The position numbers were made by a program, and so were the translations under genes. The notes beneath the pieces are model-generated. The model was not told where the DNA came from, did not search any database, and worked only from the letters and a program-made list of their open reading frames with translations. This document shows positions 20,101-35,100 of a stretch of 64,000 bases of DNA, piece after piece (within the stretch, counting starts at the first letter, position 1; every line of letters starts with the position of its first letter). Location: the NCBI GenBank assembly GCA_043823745.1, contig JBDRAN010000035.1, positions 13,795-77,794 of the forward strand, read 5' to 3'. The DNA comes from Candidatus Omnitrophota bacterium. GTDB taxonomy: Bacteria > Omnitrophota > Gorgyraeia > Duberdicusellales > 4484-171.

Positions 20101-23100
20101 TCTGCATCTTTAAAACATGCGTCGAGTCTAAAATAAACAGCACAGGCTCTACTAAATAATCTGCAAAAAACACCTTTGTCTTTTATTCTTTTTAAAGTAC
20201 TTCCAATACTCTTTTGCAACAAAGGCTCTACAAGCGGTATATACCAGTCAGAAGCTAAGTGTTCTACGCCGCGATCAAGATCAGAAGCCAAATTCTCAAA
20301 CAAGATTATCGCTTCTTCAGCAGCTTTCTGTAAAGCTTTTTCAATATTGGCTTGGGGATTACGAATCCGAACAGCTTCTTCATATTTTTCCTGATACATT
20401 TCTCCAAAAGCAATCGCCCAATCTCTATGGCGGCCAGGATTTAACTCTACTCCTAAATCGTGATAACCCTGTGATACCCTTCTTAATATAGAAGCATTCG
20501 TTGAACTTATTCCGGGTAACTGGGCAAAATTCCAACAGACAACAGCCATTTCTGCCAAATAACCGAGGCGGCGTTCCATGCGAAATTTATCCTTGTGCTG
20601 CTTCGCATACTCAAAACCTTCTTGAGCAAACTCCGGATAACTTTGAGCAGTCTTAGCTTGGGGGTCTGCTGCGGTCATGGCCTCAACAATTACTTCTTCG
20701 GCATACTTTCTCAAACCAACATCAGGCATATAGCCCAGTTTTGAACGGATATATTTATCGTAAGCACCTTGCGATTGCTCTATAGCATAGTGATTTCTTT
20801 CATGGATTCCCAAATGAGTAGCGGCTTTGATTGCAACACCAAGAGAATATCTTCTGTAACCAAAATTTACGGTATAAGTTTTAGAGCCCATATCTTGCCG
20901 GATAAGAAACTTTGCGGAATGGCTATCTATTTCCTCATATCGATAATCAAAAGGAATACCGCCTACAGAGCGAAGAATACTGACGAATTGCTCCTTCTGC
21001 TTCTTTGTCCAGTCCCAAGAGGAAGAGGGGCTTGAGGTTTGGCTTTCGCTACTTACTTTAGAAATAATCGAACGTAGCGTTTCTGCTTCGAATTTTTCCC
21101 TATATCTATGGGCTTCCTCTTCAAGATGTTTCAATTTCTCAGGCATATCGCTCTGTTCAAAAAGGCTTGCTAACTCCCTATATAACTCCTCACTGCCGAC
21201 GAGGAATTTGATGCGATAAAACTTTTTACATTCAAGAAGACTGTTTCTATCCTTCTTGCTCATAAGCTCTTTTATCTGCGACATTGTCATCAAGGTATGT
21301 TCTGTCTCCCTGTCAAAATTGTCGCCGAGCTCTGCTAAGCCTCCCCTGACTGCTCGAGACAATCTATTTATAGTGATTGCTTGGTCACTAAAAGCGACTT
21401 TTTTCCATTCATAATCATCAGCTACAAGGACGACAAGATCTATATCGGAACCTCTAACAATTTCACCCTGTTCATTTATTCTTTCACGGTCATGGGCCAT
21501 ACCATAGGCAACACTTCCAGTCAAAGCAAAGAAACTTTTCTCTTCTATATGCCTTCTCCGATAAGGTGCTGCATTCGCAAGAATTCCATCATAACCTGTT
21601 ACCTTGCTTTCAACAATTGAAGCCAAAAACTCGTTGTAAGATTCTAATTTTGCTTTGTGCCTTGCTAAAGCCTTTTTAAATCGTTCATCGCCTTTTAGTC
21701 CTACCACAATAAAATCCATAAACTCCTGAACAATCGTAGGCTGAATTTGCGGGCCCCTGGTGGTGAATTTGAAATATCGCTCTCCCAGCATGGCTATCTC
21801 TATCTCCGGAGTAGTTTTAGCAACTGCCCAGAGATTCAAAGCCACTAACTCTTCATTTGCCTTATCATTTAAATAAAGAACACTTTTATCTCGGTAATGC
21901 CTAGGCTTGAAACCGGCAATTTCGCTAAAAAGATCCCGGCCCAGAAGCGGCCCGGTTCTTTCAAGAACACCAAGGACTTTCTTACCTAACTTCTTTATAG
22001 CTCTGGCTCTTTCTTGGCTTGATTCGCCTGGCTCCCCCGGTGAGCTGGCCTGGCCTGTGTCCCCCATAAAAGTTCTTCTCACCTGATTCTCATCATAAGG
22101 AAAAAACATTCTATAGCTATCCATCTTCTCCGGCTTAAGGTCTGCACCAAAAAGCGATTCTCCTGATGCCGCAAAGAAATCATCCATTTGAATTGGATTA
22201 GTTGCAAAATACCTTGCTACTTCTTTACCCGCCTGACTCTTTAAATCATCATAGAAATATTTATTAGTTATACCAATAGACTCTAAAAACATACCCACAT
22301 TCCCTGAATCACCCTCAAGATCCCCAAAATCAAAGACATAGATTCTCCCGGTATCCAAATCTACGCCATAATTGCCATAAGGATAAGTAAAATCAAAGTC
22401 CATCACCCCTCTTTTGAACATCGAGATTACAAACTGTTTATAGCTGTCAATGAGACTCTTAGCCTCAGATATCCTTCCCTCTTTGCTCAAATACTTTAGG
22501 CGACTAAAAACTGGTACTACCTTTTTTTGGACAATAGCTAAATCAGTTTTCTTCACGCCACCATATTTTAAAAAATAACTGAACGGTTTCCTTGAGCCGT
22601 CGGTGGCGTTGATAATTATCGTCGGTACAGCAAGGCCGCTTAATCTTTCCTCGGCCAACTTACAGCTTCGCTTTATCCAGAAACGTAAAACATTATCTAT
22701 CTTGTCGGGATATCGGGACTTTTTTACTACAAAATCAAAACCATCTTGTGAATATGCAATGAGATGTCTGCCGACACCGACATGGCGCAGAAGATAACTC
22801 TCCGGAGAAACTTCCGCGGGGGTAATGGGTTGCTTTTGCCGTAACAACCTATCTATTTCCTTAGCTAAAAACTTACCGTCAATGGCTCTGGTTACATCTA
22901 ATCCAAATCTAATAAGAATCTCTCTTCTACCACCTAAGGCCTTTTCTTGCCGTAATTCGGCAATAGCTTTTTCGGGCAAGCCTTGAACTCCCTCTTTAAA
23001 TTGCCTCAATAATTCCCACTTGCTTACACCTGTTCTCTTCTTGCCTTTAGCCGATGGAACGTATTGAATCGAAGGTTTGGGCGGCTCCTTTGGATCGTGG

Positions 23101-26100
23101 TCATCCGTCGGCGAGCTGGCGGCTTCTATCTTACTTGTAACTTTGTGACCTTGTGGCTTGTGACTTGTCAGTGCCGGCGAGCTGGCCCCGTTAGAGATTG
23201 ACGATCCATTACCTTCTGTATCTCTAACGGGGCTGGCTCGGGACTCATCAAGTCTTGTTCGAAGCTTAGCTCCGAACAAGGCGTTCTCTGTGGCAAGGGC
23301 ATAGACCAAGGCTGCTTCTGAAAGAGCTGAGCTGCTCCGGAAAGCAGTTGGCTGATCAGCACCAGTAGGTTGCTGTAAGTAGTAAAACCATGTCTTTCCT
23401 TTTCCGGGAATTTGCAGAGATTGTAATGGGTTGGGTCTTTGCTTGGATAAGTTTATAAGATACTTTCTTGCCGTATTAGGCCTTAAACCACACCTATTTG
23501 CGATTTCGTTTACTGATATAGCTTTATCTGCTGTATCTGGCAGCACTGCCATAATTTGCTGCTCGCTTCTTTGCTTGTCTATCGCTAACTGCTCCTGCCT
23601 AGTTAATTGTGGTTTTCTAACAGCCGCCGGCACTAAGCGTTCCGGTAGCTTAGCTATTAAATCCAGTACTTTTAGTTCATCTGCCCTAAACTGCCCATCC
23701 ACATACAAAACTGGAACTTTTTCTGTTTGGTTCAATAACTTTGCTGTGATTCTAAATGCAGAAGCATCAAAATCTACAATTAATCCGGCTTTAGTTCTAG
23801 AGTCGGCTTGCTTCAGCCTATTGCGCACACCTAAATGAGCTTCCGCAAGCCCAACAGAAGCGGCTATAATAAAAAGGGGTTGAGCAAAACCAACTCTCCT
23901 AAACAAAGCTCTAAAATTATTTTTTATAGCCTTAATATGAGGTGCCTCTTCAAATCGCCCTCCTGCCTGGGTATTTGCTGCTTTAAATTCTTGCAAACCC
24001 CAGATAAGTTGTTCCAAAAATCTTCTCTTCACAATTCGCCAGGCTTCCTCTTTTAACATAAATTTGCCCTGCCTACGACAAGCTAATTTTAATTGCACCC
24101 ACTGTTTTAAATTCTTATCTATAATTTCTCTATTTTCTCCTAAACCATCAGCTAATTGTCTAATTTGGGTGAGATTTTTTGACTCTTCTTTAGATAAAAA
24201 CTGGCCAATTCTCTGCCAGCATTCAGCTTTTCTGGAGAAATCATCAATTTCTTTATCTGTTTTCTGAACAAGCCTGGCATCGACAATAAAAATGGCCTTG
24301 CCTTCTAAGCTTTGTAAATCCTGCCCAATCGTCTTCCCACCATGAACCAGGGACCGTGGCCTACTTGCACCCGCTGAGCTGGCCCGGGGGCCTGGTTTGT
24401 TTTTCCCGCCTTTTTTTCCAGAAGATGAGGTAATCCCTGTGGGGATGTATTTACATCTTTTTATAAATTTTATAGCTTGAGATATACGTAACAACTCTGA
24501 TCCCGCTCGTCTATCTCTTTCTGCATCTGTCAAATGACTATTTAGAATTTCAATAACTGCCCTTCTTATATGATAAAAATTATTATCCATGAACCTGTCT
24601 AAGCTCACTTTTTCTGAGGCAGAAACATCTCGTCCGATTTCCAAACGGCTAAAGTTTCTGAATTCTTTTTTTAAATTAGATAACATCTTCTGTCTTGCTA
24701 AAATATACACAACCCGCATGTGAATCTGGATAGGAAGAAAACCAGTATCAACATCTGCGTCTTCTCTAATGAGTTTTAAAGTTTCTACGCCTACCTTATA
24801 GTGCCTAACCGATTTTTTATGGCTGTCTTCAAGGTCATAGAGACAGGCTATGCGAATATGCAAATTGGCTATATCATTGAGGATGAGCCTCTGTTTAGGA
24901 AAATCTTCCATGGCCATTGGGCTTCTGGCCTTAATTCTTCTTAACTCCCCACCTTTTTTTGCAATTTCTTCCCGAAGGCGCCTCCTTTGCTCTCTTGCCA
25001 AGGCAAGCGTAAACATATCGCTTACAGCCATCATCCGCCTGCATCTTCTATCTATTTTTTCATAAACCCCGAAAGGATCTACCCCCATAGCCCGGCCATG
25101 AGCTTCTTCAACAGCTTCGTAGGTAACCTGCTCGCCTCTTTTAAGAATCTGAGAATACTTTTCTACCTCCATCTGGTCATGATGCAGGACCGTAGCTATA
25201 TATCTAGGATCTTCTACATCCTCCAGGAACCTTGCCGGAATATAAACTATCTTGTTTTCCTTTCCAATGTGGGTTACTTGATAGTAAGTTTGGTCGTTTG
25301 TGTCTTTTCCGTAAAGTAGAAAATGGCTCGGCACATCTACCTCGACTACTGTGGTTTCTTTCTCAAACCTACTGGCCCTTGAAATTATTTCTCTATCCCT
25401 CTTACTCTTCGGCTTAATTTTCTTCAAAGCTTCAGTTGCCTGCCGTATCTTTTCGGCATTTGACGAATTTAAAGCCAGCGGCAAATTTTCCTGCCAAAGC
25501 TTCTTTTCATAGTAACTTCCTTCCTTTATTATCTTTTTGGGAAAAGCCCGGATAATTAAATCCACCTGATGGTGACGCGGAAACACATCTCCTTGCCCAA
25601 AAGAACTGTTGGGAGAATAAAAATCTTGCCAGCGCTCTACGGCGCTTGAACCTTTCTTGCCCACGGAAAGGTGGCCGGGAATAAATTCTTTTATAAAAAA
25701 TGTAAAAAGGCCTTTTTTAGTTAAATAAGCCTTGGGGGAAATTATTTTAGCCTGTTCAAACATCTTTTTAACAAATAACTCAGATACGCATGAATTGTGC
25801 ACAGTCTTAGCCGGAGAGCTGGAAGCAATGCTTTTTATCTTTCTTTTATCAGGCGAGCTGGCGGTAGGATAGCTCATAGTTCGTAACTCATAGCTCCTCG
25901 ATGATAGGTCAGTTAGAGATGACGATCTGGTCCTGAGCTGGCCCTCTCGCCTGTAATGCTGTTCATCGTGAGCAACAGGTGAAGAGCTTTGTCTATCTTG
26001 CCTGTTAACCCTGACTCTAATTATAAAAACTTTTCCTTCTTTAGGGCCGGGTTGGACTGCAATCCTGCTTTTCCCTACAGAGAGGGAAGGACTGTCATCG

Positions 26101-29100
26101 TTTCCATCTAGAATATTAGAAATAACTCTCTCGAACTTAAAAAGAATGATCGGCAGTTTAACAATTCTTTCTCTCTCTCGGTATCGCAATATGATTGTTC
26201 CGTTATCTTGAGGTGTAGCTTCAAACCCATACTCTCTGAATACCCCGTTAAGCTTATCAATAATTTCATAAATAGAACCCGAAACATGAATGCGAATTGT
26301 GCGCTTATTAGGTAAAGTCATTCCGCAAGAATCTGGTAAAATATTAAACATTATCTGACTTGACCTTATGCCATTTTCCGGCGAGCTAGCCCGGCCGCCG
26401 TTGTCGAAGGGACCCTCTTCTGATTGGTGAGATGATGAGCTCAGCGTTGTCTGTAGCAGTTTAAGGTACGCATCGACCTTCCTCAAATAGCCCTCGTCCC
26501 CGAGTAACAATCCCCGCTGAGTCGTTAAAACTCCGGGATGCGTGGAAAGAAAATCTGTAAAATCGGTGTTTGCTCTGATCCAAATACTGACTCTCTCAGC
26601 AATATCCCCAAGGGAGAAATCATCCGATAATGAGTCGAAATAACACCATTTAATGGAAACGGCCATGCTGTCAAATCCATGAATAACGCCCAGTGTTCGT
26701 TGGAGTCGAGTCATGCTAAGGCTCGGCAGGAGGTTCATGGCTTCCTGGGCATAGTTGGTAGCCAAAAATAGGTATACACAGCAGCGGATCTCACGGCTCT
26801 TCTGCTTGCTCCATGAAATAAGTATTCTTTCAAGATCCCGAACATGAAATGTAGCCCCCCAGAGTTTCATCGTCGCATCCATATCTTTAAACCATATCCA
26901 CACATCTCTTAAGGCGCAATAGGCCGAAATGTCATCTATGCCCATAACCGCCGATTTCGCGGTCTTGAGTAATCGTTGAAGAATAGCCAAATTATCCGAA
27001 AAATTCATGAAAGCACTTTGCTCGGGCCTCTTAATCAAAGAATTATCAGCTTGACCCGAATCAACCGATGCTCGCAGGCGAGCTACCTCTTCGCTAAAAT
27101 AATCCAAGCCTTGCGATGACGAGCTGGCGGCTTCTCTCTTACTTGTGACCTTGTGACCTTGTGAGGCCGGCGAGCTGACTCTATGCTTCGTAAAATAATA
27201 CATATCTGTTGCTTTCGGAAATTGCTGATTCCGAGGCAATCCGAATTTTACCATCAGTCCGGCTTGATTTTCCTTTGATACCAACCCTGTTATAATTAAA
27301 GTTCCCGTTTGAATAAGAAGGTCATATAAATTGTCCGCTGCCGGCTCGATATCCATATCGCCACAAAAGACAAGCGCAGAATATATGGTGTCAAACCTAA
27401 GGGCTTTCCAGGACGCGGGAATGTTTTCGATACTTCCTTTTATAAAACGTCCGTCGTTATTATTAAAATTTTCTACGCCATTTCCCATTACCGGCTCTAT
27501 TGCGTGCACTTTTGCCGGATCGAAGCCAAGACGGTTAATCAAAAACAAACCGATTGAACACCGCCCGCCGCATCCTACTTCAAGAAACATCTGTTCTTTC
27601 AAAGTCTTTAACTTCTCCCCTACAACACCCAGCCCCTCATTCCCGACAAGTGCATCCACAAACTTCTTTAAATCCAGACGTTCACCATCGTCGAGCAATG
27701 CGTCCCTTTTTATCGCCGAAAATAATGTAGCAGCCATCACCGAAGGGCTAGGCGAGCTGACTGACACAATCTGCCGTTGCTGCATATCCCTAGCTAACTC
27801 TTGAATAAAAACATCGATCTTTTCTTTGGTAACGTGCTGCATAGCCATGATGTGCACAAAATCTCCATACGGGGCCAGCTGCCATCTATCTATCAACTCT
27901 TGAGAGGGCCTGGCAAATATCACAGTATTGGAAAACTCATTCAGCTCCGAAGGACATCCTATTTTCTGCAGCTTCCGGTAAAGATATTGCGCATTCTCCA
28001 TGCATAAACCCGCTTCTTTCCTGAAGCCTTCATATCCTTTTGTCGTAACAGCGTGCCATAAATAAAATAACACCTGCCCGCTCTGGGCGGTTAATAACTC
28101 TTCTACCTGTCGCATAAAATTTTGGCTAGCGCAGCTTTCGCGAACCATGAATATACCCGAAGGCATCGGCAGCCCCATAAACTTGTGCCCGGATATGGCA
28201 ACACTATGGACGCTTTTGGCTAAGTCTATCTTTGGCGCACCTTCTAAAAACGGCAGCATCATACCGGAAAGAGCGGCGTCACAATGAATATGAAAGTCGG
28301 CAACATGGCATTGGCTTAGAATACCTATTACTCTTTCCGGACTATCTATAGCGCCCCTCATAGTCGTTCCGATATTAAGGTTTAAAATGACCGGCCGACC
28401 GCGATTGGCTTTTATCGCCTTCTCCAATTTGCTATAATCGATCTCACCGTTGGGTAAAGATGGGATCTTTATCGCTATCCTTTCCTCGTTGTATATTGAA
28501 TAATCGGAATCTTCTCGGTATTTAATTATCTGCATATTCAATAGCCTAGCTATCTTGTCTATCGAATAATGCGAATCTTCGCTATAATAAAGTATTCCGG
28601 TGGGCCTGCCGGGGAAGCGTTGTATTCCGGCTAAGATTCCTATCAGATTTCCCCATGTCCCGCCAGCAGTTACTCCACTAAAAACATCCTCATCTTCGAC
28701 ACCGTACAACTTTGTGAAAAAATCAAGCGCCTCCTGTCCAAATGCTTGCGCGTCTTCTTTTCGTAAAATATATTTAAACAGATTCTGCAAGTCGCCATAC
28801 GACTCTTTGCTTGCTGTTATATTCGCGGGAAATCCCAAAAATCTTTCCATCAGCTTTTTCAAGCGTCCTTCAAGTCTATCCAAAGTATCAAGGACTTCCC
28901 GGGAAGGCTGATAGGCGATTTCTTCACTGACCTCAATATCGCCGGGAGTCAATACCCCCTGCTGTAAGGTACCACCCAAATGGTCTTTCAATAAATCGTT
29001 CACAAATTCCGCTATCTCTATGTTTGTCAAATAAGGTATGGCCTCGAAGCATGATTCCCGACCGTAAGATAAAAGCCCCCACTTTCTACGCACCTCAAAG

Positions 29101-32100
29101 GAAGGCTGTTTGAAAATTAGGGTCTGGCGATCACCAAGCCTACAAGGATACCCTTTGCTGCTAAGCGTTTTATTAATGTAGGCTGAAACCTCTATTGCCC
29201 GCCTGGCTCTAAGCTTAAATCCTGGGCTTCCCATAACTTTTACCGCCAACCAGAGATAGAGGGGAACGTGTCCACTGCGTGATCCGGGAATGGTCGTGTC
29301 TTCAGCATTAACATATTCTACCCTGTCCCGGCCGCTTGAAATATTACCCACATATTCCTTTTTCGTCAAGGCAATCGCTCCGAGAACCGACAACCCCATA
29401 AAACTGCCCAACGGCAAGGCCATGCTGTCCACACCGTGTTCAAAATCTATCTTTGAATTGCCTCCCAGAAAGGACTCGCCTATGCTTAACGGCGACATGT
29501 TGTAATGGATATGCTTTTGTTTTACGCCGGCACAACCCAGGATACCCTTGACCTTGCCTAAATCGTCTACAGCACCCAATAGCCTTCCGGCATTAAGACA
29601 CACTATGGCCGGGCCGCCGTTCTGCCCTACTTTTTCCTTTAGGTCGGCGTAATCAATTTCTCCGCTTGGCGAGGACTTGATAATCTTTATCCTGTTCTCC
29701 TTTACGCCTAATATCTGCAGCGCGTAGTAAAGAAGGCCGTCAACATGATTGGATAGATAATAGATCGCGTTCCTGGAAAACCGGCTGCGAGCGATAAGCA
29801 TCGCATAAAGTTCGGCCTGCTGCCTGTTGATAGTCACATGGCCGCCGTATCCCTCGGAAATTTTAAAATGCCCGGCCCAGAACTCCAGGAGCTCACGCTC
29901 CTGTTCTTTTGTATTATTCCTTACATAGGTTTCGTCATCCGGCTCGCCCAAGTTATTTAACTGATACTGATAAAAACGGGTTAGGATATCATAAAGCGGA
30001 TTCGCCTTCGGGGCGCTGTCTCCAATCCTTCTCTCAAACTCTTGTAGCCTTCTGGCTATTTGGCCGGAATCTACGGGGCTCAACCTGACGCCGTTGTCGG
30101 CGCTGGCGCCCGGTGAGCTTGACGATTGTCTTTCTATCTGTGTGTCAATTTGCTGCGCCAGCCTCTTAACATCCTGCGCAATAGTTGAAATATTAACTTC
30201 TAAAACTGCTATCTCAAACTCTCCCTCTAAATCGAGTTTTGCCTGACTGCTCCAGTCCCTTGCGCTTACATCCCGGCCTTCGGCTCTATGGTGTTCGATA
30301 AATTTCCTTATTTGTTCTAGATTCCTAACTTCATAAATTGCCTCTACATAGTGAAAACTTAAAGGAAGGCTTGCTTCATCATCCTCTGGAGATATTGAAG
30401 GATCGTGCCCAGCATAGAGCTCACACTCATCTTTTTCCTTAGCCACATATCCCATCAGTTGGTCGTCTGCTATCGCTTCCCATTTTCCTGTAGCAATTAA
30501 GGCCTTTTTCAATGTACTTTTTCCAGCGCTCGATAATCCTGTCAACAATATTACTTTTCCAGAACTCTTACTCCTTATTAAAACCCCAAAAATGTCAAAG
30601 GGAAGGTCTGAGGAAAGGCGTTGTAGTTGCTTTTTAGCTAACTCATCATTTCTTTTGTCTGCCTCGGATAATGCTGTTTCCAGGTTAAATATTAAATGCC
30701 CTCTTCTATCTGTTACGTTAAATCTCTTATCTATGTGCGTTATATATCTATACAATGTATTAAGACGTTCGATTGTAGCTATTCTATGCCTCGGTGCTGC
30801 GGGACTTGAGGCTCCCCTTGATAAAACAACAGGTTTACGAAGGTTTAAATCTTTAATAAAAATAACTCGGGTACCGCTTTTAACGGGGGTATCTTCATAA
30901 TGCCGCTCCTTCTCGAAGTCTTTTTCCCAATGCCGGGCTTGAGATCTTCCGGCTATATTTGTAACGGTGGTAATCAGAATATGGTCAGAATTATTTACCA
31001 TTATCGTCAGGCCGGTTCCCTCATGGCCCGACTGCCTAAAAGACTTTCTGGGCAAAATAGCTATATGTAGAGGGGCCAACTCCTGGTAGTCGTCAATAAA
31101 ACCATCGCCGCGATCAAGAAGAACAAAGGTAAAACGAACTTTACTTTTACCTATAGTTTGAATCCTTAACAGTAAGGCTCCGATATCTCCGGCCATTAAA
31201 TTCCTGGCATGCTGCCAAATGTTTTCTACGGCTTTGCCGACAGCGTTTAGCACTTCATCGTACTCATCGGCATTAAACAGGTTTTTGTTCTTTCCCAGAA
31301 AAGACCTCGCAAAGGAGTTTAGCTCACGAGTCTTGCCAACGATGATTTCCTGCAAATCTTGAGGAAATTCACAATAAAAATCTGACTGTAGTTCACTGAT
31401 AGTTTTCGCGCGAACTCCCCTGGCGGCAAGCATATCCACCCATAACCGATTGATGTGGCTGTAGCCCTCTTCATCTAGAAAGGGTAAACCGGCAGAGGGT
31501 TGATTTTTCCCGCCTGGGCGATGGGAAAGGGTTTTATCTGAAGCCGGCGAGCTGGCCCGGCCGCCGTCATTGTCGAGAGAAGCCGGTGGATTGCCTAAGT
31601 TGGATTCATTCTGTAACATGGTAAGTGCCTTAAAATACTGCAGGGCGGTACCACCCCCCTTTGCAGTATCAGCTTTAAGATAGGCTGCAGTCTTTTGTGA
31701 TGCCTTAGGCAGCCATTGATCAATAGTTTCAGCCTTAACATACCATGAAGACGGAACTTCATCCTCGAATCCTAAACAATCATATTCATCGGCTCCTAAG
31801 CCTTTTTCGCTAAGTTCTCGATAGGCTCCTGGCAGAGATAAAACAATTGCAAAACCTTCATTGGAGAGCATATATATTGTCCAAGCAAGAAGGGTTTGGG
31901 CTGAACCTCGGATAGCTTTAGAGATAGTCGTACCAAGGCCGATATCGTTCGGAAAATGTTTAAACATCTCATTTACTGGAGCATTCTGCCAATAACAGAG
32001 AATGGCCTGTTGCTTGCCGCTCGAATTCGAGAAAAGCACTTCGATAACCGCCTCCACTCCCAGAATCTCCAGCTCGTTAATATTTGTAATCTCGCGGGGA

Positions 32101-35100
32101 TCCTCTTTTACGCTTAAGGCTAAGAAGAGCTCCCGCCCCTGAGACTGTTCTTCTGCTAATGCTTTAGCTGTTGCATTCACCTGGTGCATATGGGTGGCTA
32201 ACCTTGAACAAACTGTCGTTCCTTCCAAACCTTGCCATACTTTGCTATGGCCTTTTATCGAATCAAAATCGTTACGCCAGAGGGTAAAAACATTTTGTAC
32301 GGCCTTTCGTTGCCGTCGCGAAAGCTCACTCATTCGCACAGCTAAAAGCAGGCGCGTCTGTTTTCCGGTTAAAGAATATTCATGTACGATAAGAGTATTG
32401 CTAAAGGAGGGGGCAATGAACTGGTTAACGATCGGGCTTGTGACAGGTACCGGTGAAGAGGAAGTGTCGCCGTTATCTAGGGAGCACGGCGAGCTGGCCC
32501 GTATTAGTCTATAGTCCATAGTCGATAGTCCATAGTCAGGGGAGATTAAAATAAAGGCGGGCAAGAGCAAGATTCCTTCGCCCGGGCGTCTGGATATCAG
32601 GGAAATTCTCTTGTGATAATTTCCCTGAAACGCCACGGGCATAGCCACTGCGTGGCTAGGTGGGGCTTTGTTGGACAAGCTGCTGAAGAAATCGTATTGG
32701 GTATTGGGTATTGGGTATTGGGTAAAAAATGGGTAAACGGCTGCGGCAGGTCGACCAGATCCCACCAGCCACGGAGAGGTAAACTGGTCTATAAAACCCT
32801 GCCGCAACCGAATATCTGCTTCTTGCTTATTTGCTTCTCTGCTTCTTGCTTTTGAGGCCGGGGAGCTGGCGCCTTTCCCTGGTCTTGGGCATTGAGATCC
32901 AGCCTCGGTCGTAGTATTCCTGACTTGGGTAGAAGTGAAAAATTCTTTGCCAAAAACTCTTTCACCCTCCTTTTGTAACCTCGCCAAATCCTGCTGAGAT
33001 TTCCTTAAGCGCTCAAGTAGCTCTACGGGAATTCCTGTAGGGAAATTTATACTGAAACTTGAGGCGCCTGTTTTCTCCGACGGGCTGGAGGCCCGAAGGG
33101 CCGACATCCCCGCAGGGGGGCTGGCCTCTTTTTGTCGGTCGTCGTTCATAGGTGGTCTATCTCCAGGAACAAAATCATAATCCGGACTGACCCAAGCTTT
33201 GCCGCCGGAAGCAACATCAATGCTAAGCTTCCTGCCACAAATCGTGCCGCCGGTACAGCGACTATCGACAGATAAGCCGTTACTGCGCAAAAAAGAAACA
33301 ATCTTTCGGGCGTAGGCTTGACCGCAAGCAGAATGTCCGCCGGCGACGGAGGCGATTATCCTATCCTTATTCGCTCCCAATTGTTCAAAAACTTCCAGCA
33401 CCGCCGAAAGAGTTTCTTTGGGCCAATCAGACTCTATAGCAGAAATCTTGTTACGTTTAGGGCCATCTTCGTTATTAAAAAAATGGCTTAAGAAAAATGC
33501 TTTCATTCCATTACTAAGAGAAGCGCTAAAAGTTACGCCAACACAGTTTACAAGGTTAGCGGTTAATAACTTCCTCACCTTGGCCTGAGAGGGAACGCCG
33601 ACAAAAATAACTGCTGTACGGAAATAAACAAAAAATGCACCTTCTCTTTTGGTGTATAGATAATACTCTCTTTCAGCCTGGCGAAAGCGGGAGTTTTTCA
33701 CTGAAAGATTATGAAAAACTAAAATATTGCCGCCAGCATCTTGCAGGCCTTCAATTCTTTTTTGCGGCTCAGCTAGCATTTCAAAAAGAACACTTTTTTG
33801 CGGCGAGCTGGCGTGGAACTTTGGCTGTGGTCTATTACTTTCAAGATGCGAAACTATTCCTTCATGCCTATCATACAAACGTATTGTAATTTCGGGGCGA
33901 TCATACACAATCCCGGATGTATTAGGATGCTGCGTATCATTTATAAAAAATCCAAAGGTGCGCTTTTTATCTTCAAGGAATGAATGTATTTCCCGAAGCA
34001 TCGACTGTCCATCACGCGAACCGGCCTTTTTGGCGACTAAATCGATGGGTATCAGTATTTCTAATTTATGCGCAAAATCCACGATACCTTGCAATACCAT
34101 GCGGACACAGGCCTCCCACCACCACCCATAAAGCACTACCCTAACATGTTCTGTGCGTGGTTTGTGATAACTAACATAAAACCGAGTTGCGTCAACAATG
34201 GCACCAATGTGATCTCGAGGCGGCACAGATAACACAGTATAGCCAAGACCTTTCATGCATAAGGAAAACTCTTCGTTCTCTTTTGCGTGCACTGGAACAA
34301 CTACTACTTTTATACTGTCCGCTGAGCTGGCCCTCTTCGGGTCGTGTGTATTGCGTGGTGCGTATTGCGATGATTTAAACTCTCCACTGGTGACTGGTGA
34401 CTGGTGACCTGGTAACTTTTTTAGCGCCGGTGAGCTGACCACTTGTTCGTCGTGGGTCTTGAGTATTGGGTATTGTGTTGAATCGACTTCTTCACTGGTG
34501 ACTTTGTGACTTTGTGACGTGTGACCTTGTGAGGCCGGCGAGCTGGCGGAATCCGTTTTGTTACTTTGGGAAAACGGTGGGACGCGGGTTGGAAAATTTT
34601 TGCTACTTTTCGTATTGGAAATTTGAGACCTTGATGATACCTGGCTGATTATTCTTTCAGCTGTTGAAAACGGTAAGGTGCATTCTTTAGCAATAACCGC
34701 AGGCTGTAATATCCCATCTCTGGCCAGTTTATTTTGAATATAATCCTCTATTTGAGCACAAGTCATAAGCCGGCCCTTCTCCGGTGATGCCGCGTAAAAA
34801 TCATAGTGAGATATCCCTTCTTTATCTAAAACCGGCTCCCAGTCTAACCCCAGTAATCGTAAACCCTTAAACAGTAGCCCAATATAGTGATTTCCTATTA
34901 TATGCTCTGCTTGGTATATATACATCACGGAATCGCCTCTAATGCGCCTCAAGGTAAAATTCGAAAGGTCTGGCATCCTAAAACTCTGATAATAAGGATT
35001 ATCCCGGGGAAAATTGTCAGGGTCTAATTGCCATATTCCACGCCCTCTTCGTATAATAAGATAACGGATGAGACCGGGATGGTTGGTCATCCGGGCATGG

